Below are positions 12,367 through 22,576 of a stretch of 64,000 nucleotides of DNA, in pieces (position 1 is the first letter of the stretch; the number at the start of each line of letters is the position of its first letter). Both the position numbers and the translations under genes were made by a program. Source of the DNA: an uncultured Chloroflexia bacterium. Its GTDB lineage: Bacteria > Chloroflexota > Limnocylindria > QHBO01. The stretch is taken from positions 174,417 to 238,416 of the forward strand of contig CAWBKO010000001.1 in the NCBI GenBank assembly GCA_963789435.1, read 5' to 3'. The notes below the pieces were generated by a model, which was not told the DNA's origin, did no database searches, and saw nothing but the letters and a program-made list of their open reading frames with translations.

Positions 12367-12915
12367 GGACGAGGAGGTCGGCGATCTCCTTCGGAACGAA
12401 GGGGCGCGCCAGGTACCCGGCCGTCGGGATCAGGACCTCGCGGAAGTACGCGATGATGACCGAGTCGTTGAGCAGCTCGTAATACGAGCTGACCCAGCCG
12501 CCGGTCTCGCCCCCCGGCACGGAAGAAGCTGTCGAGGACGACGAGCTGGAACATCAGCACCAGCGCGGCGAAGACGAGGCCGAAGACTGCCCCGCCGATC
12601 TCGTCGAGCTGCTTGACGATCGGCAGCCGTGTCCGGCGGTAGAAGGCGCGGATGGCGAAGAAGCCGGCGATCGACGAAGCCGAAGAAGAGGATGGCGAAG
12701 ATGAGGAGCTCGCGCAGCTCCGGCGTGAAGGCGCGCCAGAAGCCGAGGAGGTCCACGACGGGGCCCTTGAGCTGCGAGGCAAGCACGAACGCCACGATCA
12801 CCGCGATCGAGTTCAGCACGTAGCGGATCATGCCCTGGGTGAAGCCGGCAAAGACGCCGCCCGCCAGGATGCCGATGATCACGAGATCGATCCAGCTCAG
12901 CCGCTCGAGCAGCTC
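12362..12915 (-). CDS. cvpA: CvpA-family membrane protein with two frameshifts, one in a G6/C6 homopolymer at 12512-12517. The likely start is the second GTG (12915), 8 nt after AAGGAG
   Basis: WIDLVIIGILAGGVFAGFTQG...LIPTAGYLARPFVPKEIADLLVP* reconstructed across three frames. CvpA-like TM pattern. Confidence 0.65.
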
Positions 12916-13024
12916 CACGCTCTCCACTCCTTGATATGGTCATGACGCCGAACGCAGGGAGGTCCGGCTCGGGCGGCCGCAAGGGTACCAGCCGCCCGCA
13001 GCGGCCGACAAGGCGCCGATCCTC

Positions 13025-15472
13025 CTATCGGATCTCCGCTCCGAGGTGGTGGCGCAGCGAGCCGCGCACCTTGTTGAGTGCCTTCTCGACCGCCTTGACG
13101 TCACCGGGGTCCTCCGGCTGGAACCGCAGCGAGATGGCGTAGCTGACGCGACCGGGGCCGATCTGCTCGCCGCGGTAGGCATCGAACAGGCGGAGGTCCG
13201 CCAGCAGTGGCCCGGCGCTCATCCGCGCGATGCGCAGCAGCTCCCCGACCGGCGTCGCCTCGTCGACGACCACCGCAAGGTCGCGATCGATCGGCTGCGC
13301 GGCGGAGATCGGAGCGCGAGCGACGCTCGGCGGGAACCAGGTCGAACAGGCGATCGAGGTCGATCGAAGCATCCACGGGACGGCCGGCGAGGCCCCATGC
13401 CTCGACGACCTGCGGATGGGCTTCGCCGAGCGACCCGTAGGGCCGTCCGGAGGCGTCGCACACGAGCCCGGTGCGGCCGGGATGCCGGTGCGGATGGCGG
13501 GTCTCGGCCTCCTCCGCGCGGTAGGCGGGGCGTGGGGCGCCGAGGGCGTCGTGGAGCGCGTCGATGATGCTCTTCACGTCGGCCACGTCGACCTGCCGCG
13601 CCGGCTCACCCGCGAATGCCGGCGCGGCGTCGCCGGCCAGCACGATGCCCAGCTCCCACGACTCGTAGCGATCGGTGCCCGCCGTCTCGGCTCGCCGCTC
13701 GCGTGGCGTTGGTGTGCCGGGGTGGTACCAGTAGACCTTGCCGACGTCGAAGAGCCGCACGTCCGCCTGCCGCCATCGCGCGTTCTCGGCCACCCCCGCC
13801 AGGAGGGACGGATACAGGCTCGGTCGCAGGATGGCGTGCTCCTCGCTGAGCGGGTTGAACAGTCGGATCAGCTCGGCGCCGCCCGAGGGGTACCGGGTCC
13901 GTTCGAGGTCTGCCGGCCCGATCAGCGCATGGCTCACCATCTCGTCGAGGCCGAGCCCGGCCAGGATGCGGCGCACCTCGTGGCGTGGCTCGCTCGGGTC
14001 GACCCGATAGGGAGGCAGCGAGGCCCGCGGCAGCCGCCCGGGGATGCGCTCGTATCCGTGCGCGCGGGCCACCTCCTCGGCGATGTCGGCATCCGTGGTC
14101 ACGTCGAGGCGATGCGGAGGCACGCCGACCTCGAGGGCATCGCCATCGCCGTCCACCTCGAACTCGAGCGGGCGAAGCAGCTCGGTCACGCGCGCGCCCG
14201 TCAGCTCCAGGCCGAGCAGCCGGGCGAGTCGATCGACGCTGACTGCGACGCGGCGACGGGGCTTGGGCTCGGGGTCGTTGTCGACGATCCCGCGCGCCAC
14301 GCTGCGCGCCGGTGATCTCCGCGATCAGACGGGCGGCACGGTCGACCGCGAACCGGGGCAGGTCGTGCCCGATCCCCTTCTCGTGCCGCATGCTGGCCTC
14401 CGACCGCAGCCCGAGCCGCCGGGCGGTGTTGCGGATGGTCGGCCCGTGGAAGATCGCCGACTCGAGGATGACGCTGGTCGTGTCCGAGCCGACCTCGGTG
14501 GAGGCGCCGCCCATGATCCCGGCCAGCCCGATGGCGTGCTTCTCGTCGGCGATGACCAGCATCCGTTCGTCGAGGCGTCGCTCGACGTGATCGATCGTGA
14601 CGAGGCGTTCGCCGTCGCGCGCGCGGCGGACGACGATCTGCACCGCCGGGAATGGCATCGGCGTCGTAGGCGTGCATCGGCTGCCCCAGCTCGTGCATCA
14701 CGTAGTTGGTGACGTCGACGACCGCGCTGATCGGCCGCATCCCGGCAGCGATGAGCCGTCGCTGCATCCAGTCAGGCGACGCGCCGTTCGCGACGCCACC
14801 GAACCAGCGGGCCGTGAAGCGCGGGTTGAGCTCCGGCTCCTCGATGCGCACCGAGACGTGGGCCGACGTCGCGTCATCGGTCTCGCTGACGCCGGCATCC
14901 GGCAGTCGCAGCTCGGCACCGGTGAATGCCGCGATCTCGCGCGCCAGGCCGACCATCGAGAGCGCATCGCCGCGGTTCGGCTTGACGTCGACGTCGAGCA
15001 CCGTCTCGCCCAGCAGCTCGGCCAGCGGCGTGCCGAGCTCGATCTCGTCGCCGTGCCCGAGGATGTGGATCCCGTCGGCATCGGCGCCGAGCCCGAGCTC
15101 GATCGGGCTGCACAGCATCCCGTTGCTGACCACGCCCCGGATCTTGCTGCGCTCGATGCGGCGGCCACCTGGCAGGACGGCGCCGACCAGCGCGGTCGGC
15201 ACGAGCTGCCCGACCTCGAGGTTCTGCGCCCCGCACACGATCTCCAGCTCACCGCCGTTCCCGCCGACGTCGACCCTCGTCAGCCACAGGGTGTCGGCAT
15301 TCGGGTGCCGCTCGACCTGGAGCACGCGTCCGACGACCACCTCGGTCCACTCGGCGCGGCCAGGTCGACCTAGCTCACCTCCATGCCGCGCATGGTCAGC
15401 TCCTCGGCGAGCTCGCGCGGCGACGAGGTCGAAGGCGACGTACTCGCGCAGCCACGAGAGCGGGACGCGCAT
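13025..15472 (-). CDS. pheT: Phenylalanine--tRNA ligase beta subunit with at least three frameshifts. Its ATG directly abuts the pheS stop (TAGATG)
   Basis: N-terminal tRNA-binding domain (MRVPLSWLREYV...), B3/B4 and B5 domains (LVIADEKHAIGLAGIMGG) and C-terminal FDX-ACB (DLRLFDAYRGEQIG...SLRF) lie in four ORF-track pieces. Confidence 0.9.
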
Positions 15473-16553
15473 CTAGCGGCCCTCCGCGAACTGGGTGACG
15501 AAGCGAGCATCGGCGCTGAAGAAGAGCCGGATGTCGCCGATGCCGTGGCGCAGCATCGCCATCCGATCGGGACCCATCCCGAACGCGTAGCCCTGGTACT
15601 CGTCCGGATCGAAGCCGCCGTTGCGCAGCACGGTCGGATGGACCATGCCGGCGCCCAGGATCGTCATCCAGCCGGTGCGCCCGCAGGCCGGACAGCCCTC
15701 CCCGCCGCAGACCAGGCAGCCGATGTCGAACGCGACGCTCGGCTCGGTGAACGGGTAGTAGCCCGGGCGAAACCGGGTGCGAACGTCGCGGCCGTAGAGC
15801 GCGCGCGCGACCTCCTCGAGAATGCCCTTGAGGTCGGCGAGGCTGGTCTCGCGGTCCACCACGAGCCCTTCGATCTGGAAGAACTCGAAGGCATGGCTGG
15901 CGTCGACCGCCTCGTACCGGAAGCAGCGACCCGGCGTCAGGATGCGGATCGGCGCGTCCAGCGCCTGCATGGCGCGCATCTGGACCGGGCTGGTGTGGGT
16001 GCGCAGGATCGTGCCATCGGCTGCCGGCCTGCGGCTCCCCCGCCTCGACGCTCCCGGGCTCGGCAACGAACAGCGTGTCCCACAGGTCGCGCGCCGGGTG
16101 ATCCGGCGGGATGTTCAGCAGCTCGAAGTTGTACTCCTCGGTCTCGACCTCGGGGCCCTCGAAGACCTCGAAGCCGTAGGCGTGGAAGATCTCGCGCAGG
16201 TCGCGCATCAGGGTCTGCACCGGATGCAGGTGGCCGACCGGCACCGGCCTGCCCGGCGCGCTCATGTCGATCGCCTCGGAGGCCAGTCGCGCCTCGAGGC
16301 CGCCGGCCTGGAGCTCGCCGAGCCGAGCCTCGATCGCCGCTTCGAGCTCCTGGCGGAGCTCGTTCGCACGCTGGCCGATCGCCGGGCGTTCCGGCGCCGG
16401 CACCGATCCGAGCTGGCGCAGGAGCCCGGTCAGGCGTCCCGATCGTCCGAGCAGGTCGTGCCGCAGCCGATCCACCGCATCGGCGTCTGCAGCGGATGCC
16501 AGCGCGTCCCTGGCGTCGACGCCGATGCGTTCCAGGTCGTCGGAGATCGTCAT
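15473..16553 (-). CDS. pheS: Phenylalanine--tRNA ligase alpha subunit. Frameshift ~16030-16070
   Basis: HPVQTLMRDLREIFHAYGFEV..., [51 protein letters not shown] class II motifs. Confidence 0.9.
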
Positions 16554-16572
16554 TGGCTCATCGGTCCGTCAT

Positions 16573-16611
16573 CCATGATGGGTGAAAACGAACGACCCCG
16601 CCCCGGATTCC
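16573..16611 (-). terminator. Intrinsic terminator between rplT and pheS (13-bp GC-rich stem, AAU loop, then GUUCGUUUUC)
   Basis: Minus-strand RNA GACCCUGUCCCGG-AAU-CCGGGGCGGGGUC followed by a U-rich tract. Located 39 nt after the rplT stop and about 20 nt before the pheS ATG. Confidence 0.6.
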
Positions 16612-16649
16612 GGGACAGGGTCGGCGAGGACCGGCGGCGGTGCCGTCGG

Positions 16650-17010
16650 TCAGGTGGTAAAGGAGGCCTTGGCGGTCGCGACGATCGCCGCGAACGCGGC
16701 CGGCTCGCGAACGGCCATGTCGGCCAGGATCTTCCGGTCCACCTCGACGCCCGCGGCCTTCAGGCCCGGCGATGAAGCGACCGTACGGCATGCCCTGGAG
16801 CCGCGCGGCGGCGTTGATGCGCTCGATCCAGAGGCGTCGCATGTCGCGCTTGCGGTTGCGGCGGTCACGGTACGCATAGACGAGGGCGTGGATGAGCGCC
16901 TCGCGCGCGGGACGGACGAGCGTCGAGCGCGTGCCGCGGCGGCCTTCGGCGCGGTTGAGCAGCTTCTTGTGGCGGCGGTGGGCGGTGACGCCACGCTTGA
17001 CTCGAGACAT
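16650..17010 (-). CDS. rplT: 50S ribosomal protein L20. Frameshift ~16790
   Basis: [23 protein letters not shown]...[15 protein letters not shown]... plus C-terminal [33 protein letters not shown] in the other frame. Confidence 0.9.
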
Positions 17011-17013
17011 CGG

Positions 17014-17223
17014 CTACTTCCCCTTGCCGGCGTACGGCATCAGGCGCTCGAGCTGCGCGGTGTGGGCCTTGGGGGCCTCGCCGACGCCCTCGTAGCGCCG
17101 CGCGCGGCGGCTCGACTTGATCTCGAGGTGATGGCCGCGCCAGGCCTTCGGGCGGACCCATTTTCCGGATCCGGTCTTCCGAAAGCGCTTGGCCGTGCCC
17201 TTGTGGGTCTTCATCTTCGGCAT
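17014..17223 (-). CDS. rpmI: 50S ribosomal protein L35
   Basis: [32 protein letters not shown]. Confidence 0.9.
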   Translation of the reverse strand: MPKMKTHKGTAKRFRKTGSGKWVRPKAWRGHHLEIKSSRRARRYEGVGEAPKAHTAQLERLMPYAGKGK

Positions 17224-17227
17224 GTGG

Positions 17228-17890
17228 TTACGATCCCTGCTGTGCCGGCGCCTCGCTCGACGCCGGAGCGGCCGGCTCCCGTGGTGGGGCCGGGCTCTTG
17301 GCGGCGATCGCGTCACCGATGGTGTCGCCGGCAGCCGCGGAGCTCTCCGCTTCGCCGTTCTCAGTCTTCTTCTCGGCCCGTTTCTCGACCGGGGCCATGA
17401 CGATGTACATGCTGCGACCCTCGAGCAGCGGCTGCCGCTCGATGGTCCCGTGCTCGGCCAACACCTCGGCCGTGCGCATCAGCAGGTCGCGTCCGAGGTT
17501 CGCGTGGCTGATCTCGCGCCCGCGGAAGCGGACGGTGACCTTGACGCGATCCCCCTTGTCGAGGAATTCGGCCGCACGTCGCGCCTTCGTCTTGAGGTCG
17601 TGGACGTCGATCTTGACGGCCAGCCGAACCTCCTTGAAGGACTGCGACTTCTGCTTCTTCTTCTGTTCCCGTTCGCGTTTCTGCAGCTCGTACTTGTACT
17701 GGCCGTAGTCGAGGATTCGGCAGACCGGCGGGACCGCGGTGGGAGCGACCTCCACGAGATCGAGTCCCTTCTCCTGTGCCAGGGCGAGCGCTTCAGCCGT
17801 GGGCATGACGCCTAACTGTTGCCCTTCATCGTCGATGACCCTCACCTCTCGGATGCGGATCAGCTCATTGATGCGGAGGTCCCTTGCCAG
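17228..17890 (-). CDS. infC: Translation initiation factor IF-3 with a non-AUG start. Candidates are CTG 17890 (AAGGAG 10 nt upstream) or ATC 17872. The ORF-track GTG at 17845 truncates the conserved N-terminus
   Basis: The conserved N-terminus [23 protein letters not shown] is encoded upstream of the first in-frame ATG/GTG. An in-frame TGA at 17908-17906 bounds the frame. Confidence 0.85.
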   Translation of the reverse strand: MARDLRINELIRIREVRVIDDEGQQLGVMPTAEALALAQEKGLDLVEVAPTAVPPVCRILDYGQYKYELQKREREQKKKQKSQSFKEVRLAVKIDVHDLKTKARRAAEFLDKGDRVKVTVRFRGREISHANLGRDLLMRTAEVLAEHGTIERQPLLEGRSMYIVMAPVEKRAEKKTENGEAESSAAAGDTIGDAIAAKSPAPPREPAAPASSEAPAQQGS

Positions 17891-18037
17891 CTTCCTTGCT
17901 CTCCTTCAACAACAAGGCCACCTCACCGATCACGGACGGGTGGCCCTGCAACGTACGCGAAATGCCGACGGATGATACACCGATATCGAGCGGACGGTCA
18001 ACGCGATCAGGCTCGAATCGAGCACGCCGCGGCGCCG

Positions 18038-18400
18038 ATGAACGCCCGTCCCAGGCGCTCATTCCTGCGCCGATCGGCTCCAGGGCGAAGAGCGGGATGA
18101 CGCGCTTCGTCTTGCGCTCGTAGTACGTGTACATCGGGAAGTCCTTGATCACGAGCTGCCACAGGCGATCGCGCTCGGGCCCTCGACCTCGCGCGCCCGG
18201 ACCTCACGATCCTGGCGCCCGATCCGCACGCTGGCGAGCGGATTGTCGCGAAGGTTGGCGGCCCAGGCGGGATCCTTCGCCGAACCGCCGCGGGAGCCGA
18301 CGATCACCAGGTTCTCGCCGTCGTCGAACGCGTAGAGCGTGACCGCGCGCGGCGTGCCGCTCCTGCGGCCGGTGGCGGTGAGCGTGACCTGCCGCTTCAT
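18038..18400 (-). CDS. Deazaflavin (F420)-dependent nitroreductase family protein (DUF385/Ddn-like). Frameshift ~18150, 3' end uncertain
   Basis: MKRQVTLTATGRRSGTPRAVTLYAFDDGENLVIVGSRGGSAKDPAWAANLRDNPLASV, then ...YERKTKRVIPLFALEP in the other frame. Confidence 0.6.
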
Positions 18401-18403
18401 CGC

Positions 18404-18769
18404 TCAGCGCGGGTAGTCGAAGAAGACGGCGACCTGCCGCCCGTCGGGATCGGCGACGCGGAAGCTGCGCGTGCCCTCCCATCGGTCGCCGGACGGCGGC
18501 GCGACGAGCGCAAAGCCTCGCTGGCCGAGCTCCTGGGCCCAGGCGTCGACCTCCGAGGCGGTGTCGACCTTGAAGCCGATCTGCAGCCCGTCGCGCGTCG
18601 GCTTCTCGCCGTGGCGGAAGCTCAGCTCGAACCCACCCGACTCGAGGTCGACGGCGCCCTCGGCCGACGCGATGCGTCGGAAGCCGAAGGCGGACTCGTA
18701 GAACTCCGCCGCACGAGCCGGGTCGGTCGAGAGCAGCGCCAGCTGGCCGACGCCGCGCATCTTCCTCAC
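18404..18769 (-). CDS. VOC-family (glyoxalase/bleomycin-resistance fold) protein
   Basis: GVGQLALLSTDPARAAEFYESAFGF...GFKVDTASEVDAWAQEL...DPDGRQVAVFFDYP. Its stop lies 3 nt before the next ATG. Confidence 0.7.
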   Translation of the reverse strand: MRKMRGVGQLALLSTDPARAAEFYESAFGFRRIASAEGAVDLESGGFELSFRHGEKPTRDGLQIGFKVDTASEVDAWAQELGQRGFALVAPPSGDRWEGTRSFRVADPDGRQVAVFFDYPR

Positions 18770-18805
18770 CGAGATGCCACCTGCCGCAATTCGTGACCGA
18801 TGCCG

Positions 18806-20668
18806 TTACGAATTGGCGGGAGCGGCGTCCGTGTCCTCGGCCGCGCTCGGCCACAGCTCGCGCGATGCGTTGCGGGCCTGCAGGTCGGCAACGAACTCGT
18901 CGATCGGCACGCCCTGCGACGACTCGCCGGTGCGGAGTCGCGGCGAGACCGCGCCGGCCTCCGCGTCGCGGTCACCCACCACGACCATGACCGGGATCTT
19001 CTGCTCCTGCGCGTCGCGCAGCTTGAGCTGCATGCGCTCGGACCGCTCGTCGACCTCGGCGCGCAGGCCGGCCTCGGCCAGCCGTGCCCGGACCGACTCG
19101 GCGTAGTCCAGGTGGCGGTCGGCGATCGGCACGACCATCACCTGCACCGGCGCCAGCCAGAACGGGAATGCTCCGGTGTAGTGCTCGGTGATGATGCCGA
19201 TGAAGCGCTCGAAGCTGCCGTAGATCGCGTAGTGGATGACGACCGGACGCTCGAAGCCGCCATCGGCCGCGCGGTACTCGAGGTCGAAGCGCTGCGGCAG
19301 CTGGTAGTCGGCCTGGATGGTCGCCATCTGCCATTCGCGGCCGAGGGCATCCTCGATGAAGATGTCGATCTTCGGGGCGTAGAACGCGCCGCCGCCCTCA
19401 TCGAGCGTGTAGGGCATGCCGTCCTCTTCGAGCCGGTCGCGGAGGCGGTTCTCGGCCTTCTCCCAGAACTCGTCCGAGCCGAGGCGCTTCTCCGGACGCG
19501 TCGCCAGCCTGGCGCGAGGCTCGAAGCCGAACGGCGCGTACTGCTTGCGGACCAGCGACAGCGCGAGGCGCAGCTCGTCGTCGACCTGGTCGTCGCGGCA
19601 GAAGACGTGGGAGTCGTCCTGGGTCAGCTGTCGGACGCGGAACATGCCGGCCAGGACGCCGGTGCGCTCCTTGCGGAACAGGGCCGAGTAGTCGGCGAAG
19701 CGGATCGGCAGCTCGCGGTAGGAGTGCGCCCGGGTCTTGTAGATCAGGATCTCCTCCGGGCAGTTCATCGGCTTCAGCCCGGAGACGTGGTCGTGGTCGT
19801 CGAGGACGAACATGTTGTCCTGGTAGTTGTCCCAGTGGCCGCTCGTCTCCCACAGCTCCTTGCGCACCAGGCTCGGCGTGCGGACCTCGGCGAAGCCGGC
19901 GTCGCGGCGGACCTGGCGCGACCAGTCCTCGAGCTCGCGCCAGAGCGCCATGCCGCGCGGGTGGAGGAAGGGAGCTGCCGGCGACTCGGGGTGGAAGGTG
20001 AACAGGTCGAGCTCGCGGCCGAGCTTGCGATGGTCGCGCTTCTTCGCCTCCTCGATGCGCCACAGGTGCTGGTCGAGCTCCTCCTGTGAGTCCCACGCGG
20101 TGCCGTAGATGCGCTGGAGCATCGGCCGCGTCTCGTCGCCGCGCCAGTAGGCGCCGGCGGTGTTGAGGAGCTTGAACGCGCCCAGCTCCTTCGTCGAGCC
20201 GAGGTGCCCGCCGCGGCAGAGGTCCTCGAACGACCCGTGCCGGTAGAAGCTGACGGTCGGCCCGTCGGACTCGGGCAGGTCATTCACGATCTCGACCTTG
20301 AACGGCTGGCCCTTTGCGTCGAGCTCGGCGACAGCGTCGGCCCGCGGAAGGTCCTTCGAGTGCTCGAAGGCGAGGTCGGCGGCCTGCTGCTCGCGCATCT
20401 TGGCCTCGATCTGCTCGAGGTCGGCGGGCGTCAGCGGCCGCGGCAGATCGAAGTCGTAGTAGAAGCCGTCCTTGATGGCCGGTCCGATGCCGAGCTTCGC
20501 GTCCGGGAAGAGCTCGAGGACCGCCGCGGCCATCATGTGCGCCGCGCTGTGCCGCATGGCGGCGAGCCGATCCTCGGTGCCGGATGAGAGTGCGGCGGCC
20601 GCGTCCTGGGCGATCTCGTCAGCGTCGATTGCCATGCGCCGAAGGGTAGCGCATGACGCTGGGGGCAA
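18806..20668 (-). CDS. thrS: Threonine--tRNA ligase, apparently lacking the N-terminal TGS (N1) domain. Start is TTG 20668 or ATG 20635. Reading frame is intact
   Basis: The N2 editing-domain motif RHSAAHMMAAAV starts about 28 aa from the N-terminus. Class II catalytic core (HRKLGRELDLF, FRVRQLTQDDSHVF) and anticodon-binding domain are present. 620 codons with no frameshift. Confidence 0.9.
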   Translation of the reverse strand: MPPASCATLRRMAIDADEIAQDAAAALSSGTEDRLAAMRHSAAHMMAAAVLELFPDAKLGIGPAIKDGFYYDFDLPRPLTPADLEQIEAKMREQQAADLAFEHSKDLPRADAVAELDAKGQPFKVEIVNDLPESDGPTVSFYRHGSFEDLCRGGHLGSTKELGAFKLLNTAGAYWRGDETRPMLQRIYGTAWDSQEELDQHLWRIEEAKKRDHRKLGRELDLFTFHPESPAAPFLHPRGMALWRELEDWSRQVRRDAGFAEVRTPSLVRKELWETSGHWDNYQDNMFVLDDHDHVSGLKPMNCPEEILIYKTRAHSYRELPIRFADYSALFRKERTGVLAGMFRVRQLTQDDSHVFCRDDQVDDELRLALSLVRKQYAPFGFEPRARLATRPEKRLGSDEFWEKAENRLRDRLEEDGMPYTLDEGGGAFYAPKIDIFIEDALGREWQMATIQADYQLPQRFDLEYRAADGGFERPVVIHYAIYGSFERFIGIITEHYTGAFPFWLAPVQVMVVPIADRHLDYAESVRARLAEAGLRAEVDERSERMQLKLRDAQEQKIPVMVVVGDRDAEAGAVSPRLRTGESSQGVPIDEFVADLQARNASRELWPSAAEDTDAAPANS

Positions 20669-20905
20669 CTATGGACGCTCGTCCACCTCGGGGCCGACGT
20701 GCTCTTCGTGCTCGTATTGGTCCGGCGCCAGCTCGGGCTCGCCCGGCATGCCGGTCTCCGGGATCGGGTCGTCCATGTCGCCCGTCGGCGGCGTCATCGT
20801 GCCACCGCCCGGATAGGCGTCGTCGCCGATCGGGTCGCCGGCCTCACGCTCCGGCCTGTCGAGCGGCCCCTCGCCGGGTTGCTCGTGCGTCTCGCGCTGC
20901 GTCAT
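20669..20905 (-). CDS. Small acidic Pro/Asp/Glu-rich hypothetical protein (78 aa). Its stop abuts the thrS TTG
   Basis: High GC3 in frame and compositional bias (DDAYPGGGTMTPPTGDMDDPIPETGMPGEPE). No recognisable homology. Confidence 0.35.
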   Translation of the reverse strand: MTQRETHEQPGEGPLDRPEREAGDPIGDDAYPGGGTMTPPTGDMDDPIPETGMPGEPELAPDQYEHEEHVGPEVDERP

Positions 20906-20956
20906 CGGTCCTGCTCGCTGCGGGTTGTGCCTGAAACCGATGCAATCCGCGGACCA

Positions 20957-21487
20957 TTTCCGCGGAGCGTCAGATGCGCTTGAACTGCTCGAACGGCTGG
21001 CGGCAGTCGGCGCAGTGGTAGATGGCGCGGCAGAGCGTCGGGCCGAACGGGTTGTCGAGCGTCGTGTTACGCGAGCCGCAGTACGGGCACTCGGCGATCG
21101 GCAGCACCGCCAGCTCGTCGAGGCCGTTGCCAGCGGTCATGACCGGGGGCGCGAAGCCGCTGCGCCGCAGCCGCTCGCGTCCGGCATCAGTGATGCGCTC
21201 GCTCGTCCACGGGGTCGCGAAGCTCGACCTCGACCTCCACGCGGTCCGCGATGGCGAGCTCGGTCAGCCGCTCGCCGATTTGCTGTCGCATGACCTCGAT
21301 GGCGGGGCAGCCGACGAAGGTCGGCAGCAGCTCGACGCGGGCCAGCGTGCCGTCGTCGTCGACACGCACGTCGCCGATGACGCCGAGGTCGACCAGGCTG
21401 ATCGCCGGGATCTCGGGATCCGGGATCCTCGCCGAGCGCCTCCCAGACGAGCTGCTCACGCGTTGCGGCGTCCGTCGGGATCACCAT
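20957..21487 (-). CDS. paaD: Phenylacetate-CoA oxygenase subunit PaaD (DUF59/MIP18 domain plus C-terminal Cys motif). Two frameshifts
   Basis: IPDPEIPAISLVDLGVI...LLPTFVGCPAIEVM plus C-terminal ECPYCGSRNTT...CRAIYHCADCRQPFEQFKRI. The ATGGTGA overlap couples its start to the paaC stop. Confidence 0.8.
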
Positions 21488-22255
21488 GTCGCCCCCACCT
21501 CCGAGCGTGCCACGAGCGTGAACTGGCCGTGGAGCCAGCGGAAGTCATCGGTGCGTCGCGTCCGCCCATCCAGGCTCGGCGCCGCGACCGGCAGGTCGGC
21601 GACGATCAGCCCCAGGACCGGCCTGACGGCGGCCTGCCAGGTCGCGTGCAGGGCTCGCATCGGCTCGGGCAGGAAGCCGTGGCGCAGGAGCTCCTCCTCG
21701 GCGGCAAGCGGCGCGAACACCTCCTGCGCGTCGCGGCCACAGCCGGGTGAGCGAGTCGACGAGCCGATCGCTGCGCGTCCGGCGGCCCATCGGCCAGGCG
21801 CCGCAGCCAGGCATCGGCGTGCATGCGGTGGTACGTCTCCTCGCGCCGCATCTTTGCGGCCAGCTGCGCGAGCGGCTCCCACGAGCTGCGCGCCAGGGCG
21901 GCCGAGCCGGACGGCGTCCGCCGTCTCGTACAGGTACCGCCGCGCGACGCTGAACGCCCAGTCGCCACGCGCGTGATCGAGCAGTGCGGCGTGGCGGTAG
22001 GCGTCGGCCTCGCGCCCGAAGGCAATCTGATCCGCGTCGTCGCCGGTCAGCGTGGCGAGCAGCTCGTAGAGGGCGCGGGCATGACCGATCTCGTCCTGGG
22101 CGATCGAGCTGGTGGCGACGTCCTCCTCGAGCATCGGCGCGATGCCGGTCCACTCGGAGTCCCAGAAGCCGATGACGAACTCGTCGTCGGCGACGCTCAG
22201 CAGCAGCTCGGCGAGGGCGTCGCGGCCGGCTGACGTCCAGCTCCGGCGGTGTCAT
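21481..22255 (-). CDS. paaC: Phenylacetate-CoA oxygenase subunit PaaC, with at least three frameshifts
   Basis: DALAELLLSVADDEFVIGFWDSEWTGIAPMLEEDVATSSIAQDEIGHARALYELL, KMRREETYHRMHADAWLRRL, and C-terminal EELLRHGFLPEPMRALHATW lie in different frames. Confidence 0.75.
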
Positions 22256-22262
22256 CGAGCCG

Positions 22263-22576
22263 TCACTCGGTCGCCTCCCCGCCGGCGCGGGCCTTCGCCG
22301 CCTCGAGCTTGTGCTTGATGATGTAGCCGCCCGGCTTCTTGTGCGACCGATCGAATGGCGGCTTGAGCAGGTCGGGGTCGTCGAGCTCGGTGATCGCCTC
22401 GCGCGGGACGATCCACAGCCGGTGGCTCTCGCCGCGCCGCCCGTAGAACTCGCGCGCGTAGTGCATGGCGAGCTCCTCGTCGGGGGCGCATTGACGTTCC
22501 CCGAATGGATCATCGGGTCGCCCTCGTCCTCCTGCCGGAAGACCTCCCAGATGCCTTCGCCGCTGCAGTGCGTCAT
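22263..22576 (-). CDS. paaB: Phenylacetate-CoA oxygenase subunit PaaB. Frameshift in a C5 run (22486-22490). Its ATG overlaps the paaA TGA (ATGA)
   Basis: GIWEVFRQEDEGDPMIHSGNVNAP / DEELAMHYAREFYGRRGESHRLWIVPREAI...KPPFDRSHKKPGGYII. Confidence 0.8.

Noticed and set aside
16554-16649. T-box or leader-peptide attenuator for pheS
   Set aside because: Only a single hairpin plus U-tract is present, within 96 bp. There is no specifier or T-box consensus and no Phe-rich leader ORF. It is interpreted as the rplT terminator, possibly with partial read-through
20653-20934. Plus-strand ORFs overlapping the acidic small protein and the thrS start (for example 20653..20934, 20699..20983)
   Set aside because: Arg/Ala-rich antisense artefacts. 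The minus-strand frame has coherent codon bias and abuts thrS
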